Of a stretch of DNA of 40,000 nt, positions 15,655 through 26,003 are shown piece after piece. The DNA lies in the NCBI GenBank assembly GCA_963719315.1, contig CAVRBU010000002.1, forward strand, positions 1,526,433 through 1,566,432, written 5' to 3'. A model generated the notes under the pieces. It was given only the letters and a program-made list of their open reading frames with translations, searched no databases and was not told the DNA's origin. The stretch comes from an uncultured Planctomycetota bacterium (GTDB taxonomy: Bacteria > Planctomycetota > Planctomycetia > Pirellulales > Lacipirellulaceae). The position numbers were made by a program, and so were the translations under genes. Positions within the stretch are counted from its first letter, which is position 1, and every line of letters starts with the position of its first letter.

Positions 15655-18417
15655 TTACGACGATCGTTTGCCGCGTGGCCGCGCAGCCGGCATCAATGGG
15701 GCTGTTAGCTGCGCGTACAGCTTGAACAGGAATTCGACGCGGTTGCGTTCGTTGGCAAACGGCTGCGAGCGGTAGCAACGGTCCACGGCACGGTCGAGCT
15801 TGGCATGGGCCTTGGCCAAGCCGGCGGGCATTGCAAGGGGGTCGTAGAGGTCCGCGAGCGTAGCATCGGGGTGCGCGGCGCGGGCATCGAGCACACCCTG
15901 CGCCGCGTCCTCGACGGCCGCACGTTTCGCATCGGTTACATCCTGTGGCCAGGGGAAGTTGTTGTAGACAAGTTTCGCGGAATAGCGGAAATCCGATTTG
16001 AGCCGCCCCGCCACATGCCGGACCCAGGCCATGTGCATCGTCGAGCTGAGAATGCCGAAGTGAAAGAGCTTTGCACCAGTAATCGTTAGGCAGAGATTAC
16101 TTGCAATTGTATTGCTTTTCATGAAGCCTATGGGAATGTACCTTCGACGTTCGGAAGAGACAGAAGGAACTATTAGATAGGGGCGATCCTTATGACTAAC
16201 GAACGCAAACAAACTGGGAGTGTCCGCAAGGCCTCGAGTGACCGGTCGCTTGCTTTTTAGCCGAAATGCTCGGACGGCATTAATGCGCCCCATAATCAGA
16301 GGTGAGGATCGCAACTCATTGGGACTGGCATCCTTCAACCACAAACACCACCGTGCTATTGAATTGATAAATTCACGAGATCCTAAGAAAGGACGAATCA
16401 GCCGTTACAATTCGGGGTGCTCGCTCAGGATGCATTGCCGCTCTTCCGGAGATAGGATTAAATGGCCGCCGTCGATTGGTTGATTCCCAAATTGCATTTC
16501 CGGGACCGCGCTTAAGGGGGTTGAACGGTTCAGCACCGTCACACTTGGTCCTTCGATAAGATAAGGATTAATGGTGCTAACAAGGCTTGTGGTCGGTTCG
16601 CCGCGGAGCGACTCATAGTCGAAAAGTTTTTTCTGCCGTTGGTTACCAACTCCAAAGCCGATGATGACGACATGAACATGTGCTTTGCCGCGAGCCTCAC
16701 TCTCCCAAGCAAACGTGCGATGGGCGAAAAAAACTGAGATTCGATAGCGCTGCAGTAACTCCGGCCACAGCACACCGACCTGTTCACCCTGCGAAATCGA
16801 ATTTGTCGAGACAAACGCCACGGTGATCGGGGTTCCCTGGATATAAAGTGCAGCCTTGAAATACCAACCAGTGACATAATCCAATAGTCCACCGTTCTTC
16901 ACTCCATCCGCGACCTCTGAAATCTCTTGTCGCTGCGGATTTGTCTGAAACTTGGCGCCCACGAACGGCGGATTACCGAGAACATGCGTGCATTTCTCTG
17001 CCGGCAGCACGTCGTTCCAGTCGATTCGCAGGGCGTTGCCGTGGTGAATATGCGGACTTTTGTGGAGCGGCAAGCGGACATAATACTCGCCGAATTCCTC
17101 GCTGACGCGCTGGTTCATCTGGTGGTCCATCAGCCACATTGCCATTTCGGCGATTCGGACGGGCCACTCTTCGACCTCGATGCCGTACATTTGATCGACA
17201 TCGAGCTTGAGCAAAGTGTTGATGTCGAGCCGTTTCTGCATGTTCGGCTTCTTGAAAAGCCGTCGAAGTAACTCCAATTCCAATATTCGCAGTTCGCGAT
17301 ACGACACGACCAGGAAATTGCCGCAGCCGCAGGCGGGATCGAGCAGCCGCATTTTGGCCATGCGTTCGTGCAGCGCACTCAGCTTGCGGGCGTCGCTACC
17401 CGCTTTTTCCAGGTCCGCTTTGAGGTCGTCGAGAAACAGCGGACCGATGACTTTGAGGATGTCGCGCTCGCTGGTGTAGTGGGCGCCGATTTGCCGACGT
17501 TCGCGGGGCTCCATCACGGCCTGAAACAACGCTCCGAATACGGCGGGCGAGATGCGGCTCCAGTCGAAGCGGGTGCAAGCCAGCAGCCGATTTCGCATGT
17601 CGCTGTTGAACTCGGCGAAGCTCAGCGATTCGACGTACAGTTCGCCGTTGACGTAGGGCAGGGCTGCCAGTTCTTCGAGCAGGTTTTTCTGCCGCTTGTC
17701 CTTGGCCGTGTTTAGCACCTGGAACAGCCGGGCGAGTTGCGGCCCCAGGTCGGAGCCATCGAGAGCGGTGTGGTTTTCGAGAAACAGCGTAAACGCGTCG
17801 CGGTCGAAAATGCCGGTGTCTTCGGCGAACAAGCAGAACAAGATGCGGACGAGCAGCCGTTCCAATTCGTGGCCCGAGTACCCGCCGCTTTCCAAGGCGT
17901 CGTGCAGATCACCCATGATCCGCACGGCCTTGATGTTGATCGGATCTTCCGGTTCGAGCTTCTGTTTGCGATGTCCGGCGATGAACCCGAAGTGGTTCAC
18001 GTGCAGATGAAATTCGGACAGCGGGAATTCAATCGAGGTTTCATCGATCAAATCGTGCAGCGCAATGCGGGCGAAATCGGAGACGATCACGTATTGCGGC
18101 GCTTCGTCGCCGCGGCCTTCACGCGAGAGGTCTTGGATATAGTCGATCGCCTGCGCATGGGCTTTGCCGAGGTCTTCGCCGCGACTCTTGTGCTCGGCGA
18201 TGAGAATCGCCTTCCAAAAGAGGTCGATGAAGCTGTAGTGGCCGCGGATGTTCTTGACCGGCTCCTCGAAGCTGGCCACATTGCGGCGGGTGAGGCCGAA
18301 GACCTTGAAGAACTCGTCCCAGAACGTCTTGGCCTCGGCGTGCTCGCGCGACTCGGCCGCCCACTCGCGGGAGAACGCCAGGGCGCGGCTGCGAATTTCG
18401 TTCCAGGAAATGGGCAA
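15655..18417 (-). pseudogene. MmeI-family type IIL restriction-modification enzyme, interrupted by in-frame TAA at 16405-16407
   Basis: N-terminal nuclease motif FIDLFWKAILIAEHKSRG, MTase motif I LLDPACGCGNFLV, motif IV NPPF. The same frame continues after the stop as RLIRPFLGSREFINSIARWCLWLKDASP...RLKSDFRYSAKLVYNNFPWP. The total of about 920 codons matches MmeI-size proteins. Confidence 0.85.
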
Positions 18418-18617
18418 AGGGTAGGCTCCCCACTACGCGGCGGCAAGAATTGCCACTGTACAATTCGTCCGTAAGAGTATCCGACAATGCCGCGACTGTG
18501 AACCAGTCGCCGCATCGCAGACAAGGAGCGCACGTGCTGGAAGTGTGACGGAGCCTTAAGAAACGACGCAGAAATGACTTCGGCGAAGGCCATTCCAACG
18601 CTATGACTGAGCGTGAA

Positions 18618-19940
18618 CTACGCCAACCCGCTCAATGGCCCATCCCCGCAGAAATCGGGATTGCCGAACTTCTCAATCCGGTGGCCAAAACCGTGCGCAA
18701 GCGACAGCAGCAGCCGGTTGTGCGGCACGCCCTTGTAGTCGCGGGCGCGGCCCATCTTGAAATCAAGACCATTGCCAACGAACACAAACGGGATGTTGTC
18801 GAGCGTGTGCGTGTTGCCTTTGCCTAACTCGTTGGTCCACACGATCAGCGTGTTGTCGAGCAAACTACCCTGTCCGCCGGGTTCCGGAGTATCGGCCAGC
18901 CGTTGCGCCAGGTAGGCGAGCTGCTCGCAGTACCATTTGTTGATGCGCGTCAGCTTGTCGCGGGCCGTCTCGTTGCTGTCCGGCTCGTGCGACAACTGAT
19001 GGTGGCCCTCGTCGATGCCGAGCCAACGCATGCGAGCGCCGCCGACCGAATTCGTGTACTGCAGCGTCGCAATACGAGCATGGTCGGCGGCAAAGCTGCT
19101 CACGATCAGCTCGATTTGCAGCTTGCTGAGACGAGGGATATTGTCGTTTTCTTCCTTGACGCCCGGTTCCAACTGCGGCACCGCGTGGCCAATTTCCGGC
19201 GAAGCATCGGCCTTGAGTTCTTGTTCCATCTCACGCACGAATGTGGTGTGTTCCTCGAGCAACTGGCGATCTTCGGCGCTCACGACGCGCTCCACTTTTT
19301 TGAAATCATCCTGCAGGTCATCCAGGATGCTCCGCAAACTTTCCTGGTCCTTCATCCGCCCGTAGAGCTTGGCGAACATTTGGTACGGATCGTCGATCGG
19401 CGCGAGCGGCTTGTTGGGCCCTGCGTACGACATCCGCGTCCAGGTGTCGGCCCGATCGGGCACCATCACGCCGAACTCGAGCGACCCGAATCGCGTCCGC
19501 GTTTCGGGCTTGGCCTGCAAAAAATTCTTGATCTCCTGGTCGATCGAAATGCCCTTCGACCAACCGGCCGGCGTATCGGAGCCGCCCTGGATGTTGCCGG
19601 GAAAGAGCTCCGTGCCCGTCAACAGGCAGCCGATGCCGCGCATGTGGTTGTCGCCGTCGCCCCGGACTTTGTCGCCGATGCCGTGAAGCATGAGCGTTCG
19701 CTCCCGATACGCCTCGAGCGGCTTAAGGCTTTCTTTCAGCTCGAAGATCTTACCGAATTCATCCGGCCAGAAATGCTTCGGGATTACGCCGTTGGGGCTG
19801 AACATGATCACCAGTCGCTGCCGGCGTGCGGGCGCGGTGCTCGCAAACCCCAGGCTGGGCAAATTCAGCACGAACGGCACGGCCGCGGCGCCAACGCCCA
19901 GATTTCGCAAAAACTCACGCCGGGATGCGTAGGTGCTCAT
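18618..19940 (-). CDS. DUF1552 domain protein (Tat signal)
   Basis: [17 protein letters not shown] leader, [11 protein letters not shown] motif, 440 aa. It starts 7 nt downstream of its usual DUF1592-type partner. Confidence 0.88.
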   Translation of the reverse strand: MSTYASRREFLRNLGVGAAAVPFVLNLPSLGFASTAPARRQRLVIMFSPNGVIPKHFWPDEFGKIFELKESLKPLEAYRERTLMLHGIGDKVRGDGDNHMRGIGCLLTGTELFPGNIQGGSDTPAGWSKGISIDQEIKNFLQAKPETRTRFGSLEFGVMVPDRADTWTRMSYAGPNKPLAPIDDPYQMFAKLYGRMKDQESLRSILDDLQDDFKKVERVVSAEDRQLLEEHTTFVREMEQELKADASPEIGHAVPQLEPGVKEENDNIPRLSKLQIELIVSSFAADHARIATLQYTNSVGGARMRWLGIDEGHHQLSHEPDSNETARDKLTRINKWYCEQLAYLAQRLADTPEPGGQGSLLDNTLIVWTNELGKGNTHTLDNIPFVFVGNGLDFKMGRARDYKGVPHNRLLLSLAHGFGHRIEKFGNPDFCGDGPLSGLA

Positions 19941-19947
19941 AGGACTC

Positions 19948-22327
19948 TCACAAACGATTTACGTCCGGTTTTTCGGCCAGACTGATCTTTGGCGGTAGCG
20001 CACTTGTTGCCACGATCTCGACCAACAACTGCCGAATATCGAACTTGTGTTTGGCAAAACATTCCTGCAGTTCGTGCAAGCGATTCGGTCCATAGGCTAG
20101 TATCGGCTGTTTTACCGTGTGATGGAACAGCTGCTTCACGAAGGCGGTTTGCGATTCGTCGCTGGAAGCCACAAATTCGGCCAAATCCTTCATGCCTTTG
20201 AACTTTTCGACCTCGCCCGATTGCGTCAAATAACTGCCCGACGCGTCGATCGGTTTGTCCCTCTCCAGCTCGCGGTAGCGACCGATGGCGTCAAAATTCT
20301 CCATCGTAAACCCCAGCGGATTGATCATCCCGTGGCAACCCTGGCACGCCTCGGGCTGGGTTTGCAACGCCACACGGTCGCGAGTGCTGAGCTCCGCATG
20401 CACGTTCGGCGGCAATGGCGCGACCGCCTGGGCAGGCGGACGCAGCACGCGACCGAGTACGCTTCTAGAAACGAATACTCCGCGATGAATAGGCGAGCTC
20501 GCGCTCGTGTACGCCAGGCTGGCAAGCAGATACGGATGCGACAACACGCCGGCGCGGCGTTCCGGTTCGAAGTCGACTTTCTGAAACGGCGCGTCGGCCG
20601 GCAATGGCACGCCGTACACCTTCGCGAGCCGTCCGTTGAACCAGAACTCGTCGCCCAGTAGAAACTGCCGGTAGTCGGACGAGCCGCCGTCGAGCATCTC
20701 GTCGAGCGACAATTCGAGCGACGTCCGCAAATCCGATGCAACCTCCGGCGTGAACTCTGGGTACAACATCGGGTCTTTGGCCAAGTCCCGCGGCTGTGAA
20801 ATCTTCAGCCAGCCCAACAAGAAGTCGCGGACCTTCGAATGTGTTCGCAAGTCGGGTAGCATGCGTTCAAGTTGCCGAACTACCTGCGCGGTTGGCGAGC
20901 CTGCCTTTCGCGGCCGCCTTCAGTAGTTCACGGTCGGGCAGCGAATCCCACATTCCGAACGACATTCGCGCGGCCACGTCGTACGGATCAGCCGCATCGC
21001 CATCGATTTCGCGATACAGAAACCGCGGTGACTTGAGCGCCAGCAGCACCACTCGCTTCACGCCCCCGAGCAGGTCGGGAGCCGCCTCGAATTGGCGTTG
21101 GACGTAAAACTTCTGCTGCTCATCCGAAAGCGGGCGGAGGAATGCGCGCTCGACGAATTGCAGGCAGAATTTGCGGAGGAATGGCTCGCCCTTCGCGTCG
21201 TCCGGGTTCGCGCCTGTCAATTGCCGCACGTGTTGGGCCACATAACCGGCCGTCTCGATCGCGGCCTCGGTCGTGGCCTCATCCCAGGCCTTGGAAATCG
21301 AAGTCCCTCGCTCGTACCCCACGCTCCGGTCATCCGGCGGGAATCGCGTTTCGAGCACGAATACTTCGGGGGCCTCCTCAATGGACAAGTAGTGCCCTGT
21401 AATCACTTCCAGCGTGTGGTTCGGACGTTTCCATTCCAGCGAGATGGAAGTGTTGGGGTTGGGTTTGAACTTCTCCTTATAGTCTTTGTTCTTTTTGCTC
21501 ACGCCTTGCTGGCCGCGGGAAAACTCGAGCTTGATCGGGTACGCTCGCCCACCCAGCAATCGGATTTCGGCGCGGTGCTCGGTTTCGTCGCCCGATTGAA
21601 CCCAAGCGTCGATCAAGGGGACCGGAGAATCGTTGATCGTCAATCGAGTCGCATGTTCGGTCCGCACGACGAATTCATACGTGCCGGTATCGGGCGCCAA
21701 CACGGACCCTACCCACTCGATGTAAAACGTCTGCTTTTCGAGCTTGTCGGGATCGGGGGTCGATTCGCCCCAATTGAAGTGCACGTCGGGATCGGTTCGT
21801 TCCAGCTTCAGCGCAGCCGGCTTGTATTCGCGGGCGGCGAAATACTTGCCGTGCAGTCCGCGTTCCGCTCCCCACTTCGTTGGTTCGCGGAAGCTGCCGA
21901 TCAAATCGGCGACCGCGTTTTGATATTGCCGCACAGTGAGCCGCGAGAGTTCGATGCGGACCGGCTTGTTGCGGACCCGAGCATCGACCGAGTAGAAAGC
22001 GTCGTAGATGTACGCCGCCACCTTGGCCGCATCGTTGGCGGAGCACTTCGTGTCCGCATCATCCGGCATTGTTTCGTGGATCAGCTTCGTAAGCTGCGCG
22101 ACCGATTTGTCGCCGGCCAGCGGGTCGGGGTAGCTGTCCTCGACCCCTTCGCCCGAATTGCCGTGGCACCGCGCACACTGATCGCGATAGATATGCTCGC
22201 CCGTGGGCTCCGCGGCGACAGAGTTCCCAGCGGCGCAAATCGCGGCACAATACAGCAGCACCACAGTAACGCTTTGCAACCGAATTCGCAGATTTTTCTG
22301 CGGCAATTGCATGGCAATTCTCGACAT
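19948..22327 (-). pseudogene. Cytochrome c + DUF1587/DUF1592/DUF1595/DUF1588/DUF1585-type protein, frameshifted near 20883-20891 (possible assembly error)
   Basis: The N-terminal ORF (start MSRIAMQL at 22327; CARCHGNSGEG heme motif; RQYQNAVADLIG) ends ...GRLANRAGSSAT*. The +1 frame reads (A)QVVRQLERMLPDLRTHSKVRDFLLGWLK and runs into ORF 19948-20862 (SSPIHRGVFVSRSVLG, CQGCHGMINPLGF). Confidence 0.82.
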
Positions 22328-22431
22328 CGTCAGAGCGGGCCAGCAAGGCGGGAAGCGGAACCGGCACTGGTTCAGGTGGGAAGCTGAATTATAAACGGCA
22401 TTCCCGGCAAATCCAAGCCGCAGGACGAATG

Positions 22432-22553
22432 GGTAGTGTCCTAATTTGCGGCACAACAAGCTTGTAGCACGGACTTCAGTCCGTGATTCTCGTACGGACT
22501 GAAGTCCGTGTTGCAAAGTTCCGGTCCGAACGGTGCCAAATTAGGACACCACC
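22432..22553. mobile_element. 122-bp MITE-like element with 17-bp TIRs and 8-bp target-site duplication
   Basis: TIRs are ggtagtgtcctaatttg (22432-48) and caaattaggacaccacc (22537-53), matching 16/17. They are flanked directly by GACGAATG at 22424-31 and 22554-61. The interior holds acaagcttgt plus hairpins cacggac-ttca-gtccgtg and acggac-tgaa-gtccgt. No ORF. Confidence 0.75.
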
Positions 22554-22645
22554 GACGAATGGGTCTCAAAGGCACGAATCTTTGACCGTTCGCGATTGGC
22601 GCCTGGAGGCGCACCCCCCTTGGCGGCAAAGGAGCTACTACTCCT

Positions 22646-23929
22646 TTAGCCGTCGCCGCCGATGCGATTTTTACCGACCCACTTGCGGAGAACTTCGGGA
22701 ACGGCGATTGATCCATCCGCCTGCTGGTAGTTTTCCAGAATGGCAATGATCGCGCGGCTGATTGCCACGGCCGTGCCGTTGAGTGTGTGAACGAGCTGCG
22801 TTCCCTTTTCGCCCTTCACCTTGTAACGGATATCGAGCCGCCGCGATTGATAGTCGGTGCAGTTCGAGGCGCTGGTCACCTCTCCGTATTCTCCGCCGCT
22901 CCCGCGGCCCGGCATCCAGGCCTCCAGATCGAACTTGCGAAAGGCGGGGCCGCCCAAGTCGCCGCTCGCGATATCGAGCACGCGGTACGGAATGCCGAGG
23001 CCGTCAAAGATTGCACATTCCAAGTCGCGGAAGTAATTGTGAGTATCCTCACTTTGCTCGGGCAGCGTGAACGCGAACATCTCGACCTTCGTGAATTGAT
23101 GCACGCGATACAGCCCGCGCGACGCCCGGCCCGCCGCCCCCGCTTCGGTGCGGAAGCAATGACTGATGCCGCAGAGCTTGATCGGCAATTCTTCGGCGTC
23201 GATTACTTCGCCGGCGTACAGACCGCCGAGCGTGATCTCAGCCGTTGCCACCAAGTTGAGATCCTGATTTTCAACGCTGTAGATTTGCGTTTCCGGCCCC
23301 CGTGGAATAAAGCCGACGCCCTTCAATACGTCGCCACGAGCGAGATCGGGCGTAACCATCGGTGTGAAGCCCTCGCGCACGAGACGCTCCATCGCGTACT
23401 GCTGTAGCGCAAGCTCCAGCAGCGCCGCTTCGTTCTTCAAAAAATAGAAGCCGTGGCCGGCAACTCGCGCGCCCCCTTCGAAATCGATGAGATCATGCTG
23501 CTCTGCGAGGGCCACGTGATCGAGCACCGGAAAGCCAAACGGCCGCACGTCCATTTTTCCGCGCTGCAATTCCTTACTCGCGTCTTCGCCGCCAATCGGC
23601 GAATCCTCGTGCGTGAGGTTCGGCATTGCGTTATGAATCAACGCGGCCTCGGCGCCGAGCGTGTCGCCCTCCGCCTGGATCTGCTCTTTCTTCTCGCGGA
23701 GCCGGCGGCCTTCGTCCTTGCGCGCTTCGCGCTCGGCGTCGTCCTTGGCGTGGCCGATCGACTTGCTAACCGCGTTCGCCATCCGCGAGAGCTCTTCGAT
23801 TTCCGACTGCAACTTCCGCCGCTGCGATTCAAGCTCCACGAACCTGGCCACGTCCACTTTCACGCCGCGATGGTCGCAGTTCCGCTGCACAAGTTCAGGG
23901 TTTTCGAGAATGAAGCGTTTGTCGAGCAT
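22646..23929 (-). CDS. serS: Serine--tRNA ligase
   Basis: 427 aa. N-terminal coiled-coil MLDKRFILENPELV... and class II core (FRTEAGAAGRASRGLYRVHQFTKVE, NGTAVAISRAIIAILENYQ). Confidence 0.95.
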   Translation of the reverse strand: MLDKRFILENPELVQRNCDHRGVKVDVARFVELESQRRKLQSEIEELSRMANAVSKSIGHAKDDAEREARKDEGRRLREKKEQIQAEGDTLGAEAALIHNAMPNLTHEDSPIGGEDASKELQRGKMDVRPFGFPVLDHVALAEQHDLIDFEGGARVAGHGFYFLKNEAALLELALQQYAMERLVREGFTPMVTPDLARGDVLKGVGFIPRGPETQIYSVENQDLNLVATAEITLGGLYAGEVIDAEELPIKLCGISHCFRTEAGAAGRASRGLYRVHQFTKVEMFAFTLPEQSEDTHNYFRDLECAIFDGLGIPYRVLDIASGDLGGPAFRKFDLEAWMPGRGSGGEYGEVTSASNCTDYQSRRLDIRYKVKGEKGTQLVHTLNGTAVAISRAIIAILENYQQADGSIAVPEVLRKWVGKNRIGGDG

Positions 23930-23964
23930 GGTAGTGATTGAAAAAGGATTTCTCCGAAAATAAG

Positions 23965-25338
23965 CTATTTAGGCTTGGCCTTCGCGAGCTCTTCCCACAA
24001 ACACGCGCTGGCGAGCGTACCGCGATGGTAGTCGTCGAGTGAAAATTTTTCGTTCGGGCTATGCGTGTTGTCGTCGTTCTGGCCCCAGCCGAGCAGCAGC
24101 ACGTCGGCCCCCAGTTCGTCGGCGAAAGTGTTGACGATCGGGATCGATCCACCTTCGCGAATGAACACCGGGACCCGGCCGAATGCCGTTTCGATCGCCG
24201 CCGAGGCCGCACGCATGTACGAGCTGTCGAACGGCACGACGACGCCCGGCGCGCCGTGATAATCGATCAGTTCCATTTGGATCCCTGGCGGCAGTCGCTC
24301 TTCCAAGAACTTGCGCAGCGACTTTTCGATCTTCTTCGGATCCTGCTTGGGCACGAGGCGGAAGCTGAATTTCGCGCTCGCTTTCGCGGGCAGCACGGTC
24401 TTCGCACCTTCCCCCTGATAACCGCTTGAGAGCCCGTTGATGTCGCACGTTGGCCGGGCCCAGCGTCGTTCTAGCGATGTGAAGCCCACCTCGCCGAACG
24501 TGCCCGTTACGCCGAGCGGCTGCATGAATTCGGCGTCGGTCAGCGGCAGCTTTCGGTACTCGCCCCGTTCACGCTCGCTGAGGGGTTCGACGTCGTCGTA
24601 AAAACCCGGCACCTGAACTCGCCCTTCTTTGTCCTTGAGCGCCGCCAACAACGCCACCAGCGCATTGGCCGGGTTCGTCACCGCGCCGCCAAACGTGCCC
24701 GAGTGTAAATCCTGCTTCGGCCCCCGCAGCCGAATCTCGTAATATGCGATTCCGCGCAATCCATACGTGATCGCCGGCACGCCCGGTGCGAACTGGCTGC
24801 AATCGCTGATCACGACCGCGTCGCACGCGAGCTTCTCGCGATTCGCCTTCACATATGGGCCTAAGTGCTCGCTGCCGACTTCTTCCTCTCCCTCGATCAA
24901 GAATTTCACTTGCAGCGGCAATTTGCCAACCGACTTGATCCAGGCTTCGGCGCTCTTCACATGTGTCAGCATCTGCCCTTTGTCGTCGGTCGCGCCGCGG
25001 GCGTAGATGTTGCCATCGCGCACCGTCGGCTCGAACGGCGGGCTGATCCACTCATCGAGCGGCTCCGGGGGCTGCACGTCATAGTGGCCGTAAACCAGCA
25101 CCACCGGTTTGCCGGGCACCGGCGGCGACTCGGCATACACCAGCGGATGGCCCGCCGTGGGAATCGTTTCCGTCGCCAGCCCCAGTCCTCTGAATTGTGA
25201 TGCCACCCAATCGCCCGCTCGCCGCGTCTCGGCATTTTGCCGCGAATCCGCACTCACGCTGGCAATCCGCAGCAGCTCGGCCAAATCGCGCTGAAATGCG
25301 TCGCGATGACTCTCGATGTAGGTCTTAACGGTGTTCAT
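23965..25338 (-). CDS. M20 family metallopeptidase (dipeptidase-like)
   Basis: VLVYGHYDVQP and ARGATDDKGQ motifs. The ATG at 25338 (MNTVKTYIESHRD) is preferred over the ORF-track start at 25521. Confidence 0.88.
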   Translation of the reverse strand: MNTVKTYIESHRDAFQRDLAELLRIASVSADSRQNAETRRAGDWVASQFRGLGLATETIPTAGHPLVYAESPPVPGKPVVLVYGHYDVQPPEPLDEWISPPFEPTVRDGNIYARGATDDKGQMLTHVKSAEAWIKSVGKLPLQVKFLIEGEEEVGSEHLGPYVKANREKLACDAVVISDCSQFAPGVPAITYGLRGIAYYEIRLRGPKQDLHSGTFGGAVTNPANALVALLAALKDKEGRVQVPGFYDDVEPLSERERGEYRKLPLTDAEFMQPLGVTGTFGEVGFTSLERRWARPTCDINGLSSGYQGEGAKTVLPAKASAKFSFRLVPKQDPKKIEKSLRKFLEERLPPGIQMELIDYHGAPGVVVPFDSSYMRAASAAIETAFGRVPVFIREGGSIPIVNTFADELGADVLLLGWGQNDDNTHSPNEKFSLDDYHRGTLASACLWEELAKAKPK

Positions 25339-25544
25339 TTCGTCGCTGCTTCCTGTTATGCCCAACGGGCGTACAATATAATGCGCTGCCAGCAGTTTCA
25401 CCACTGCACCCGAGGGGGTGGCAGGCCCTTGGTCGCTGGCCCACATGGGCATAGGGTTGCGAGTAAACACGGGCCCGCGCTTGCAAATGGCCGGCAAGAG
25501 CATCCCACCCCCCAGAATCACAACGCCTTCTTACAGGTGACATC

Positions 25545-25904
25545 ATGGACTCAGAAGAAACAGTCGTCGCCGACGATAACCAGGCGCCCACGATGGTGGC
25601 CGAACCGAAAACCAAAACCGAACGCAAGAAGCGCGAGGTGCCCCGCTATAACGTTCTTCTCTGGGACAGCGACGCCCACTCCTACGAATACGTAGAGCGG
25701 ATGCTCCGCGAACTCTTCGGCCACACGCCGGAACAATGCCACAAGATGGCCGAGACGGTCGACACCGAAGGCAAGGTCGTCGTTTACACCACCACGCAAG
25801 AACTGGCCGAACTCAAACGCGACCAAATCCTGGCATATGGCAAAGACGACAAGATCCGCAACTGCACCGGCTCGATGCACGCAACGATCGAAGCGGCGAC
25901 ATAG
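25545..25904 (+). CDS. clpS: ATP-dependent Clp protease adaptor ClpS
   Basis: PRYNVLLWDSDAHSYEYVERMLRELFGHTPEQCHKMAETVDTEGKVVV core, 119 aa. Confidence 0.9.
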   Translation: MDSEETVVADDNQAPTMVAEPKTKTERKKREVPRYNVLLWDSDAHSYEYVERMLRELFGHTPEQCHKMAETVDTEGKVVVYTTTQELAELKRDQILAYGKDDKIRNCTGSMHATIEAAT

Positions 25905-26003
25905 AAGCTCTATTTGTCACTGGAAATTGGTCAATTGAAACTGGTCATGACTGAAATGGCCAATGACAAATAACAAATTTGCAATGACCAATCTCCTATT
26001 CTC

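Noticed and set aside
22328-22516. N-terminal extensions given by the ORF track (also 25339-25521, 1478-1573, 2759-2932, 9987-10040)
   Set aside because: The extensions run through intergenic repeats or promoter regions and add non-homologous residues ahead of clear signal peptides or conserved N-termini. Internal ATG starts are preferred.
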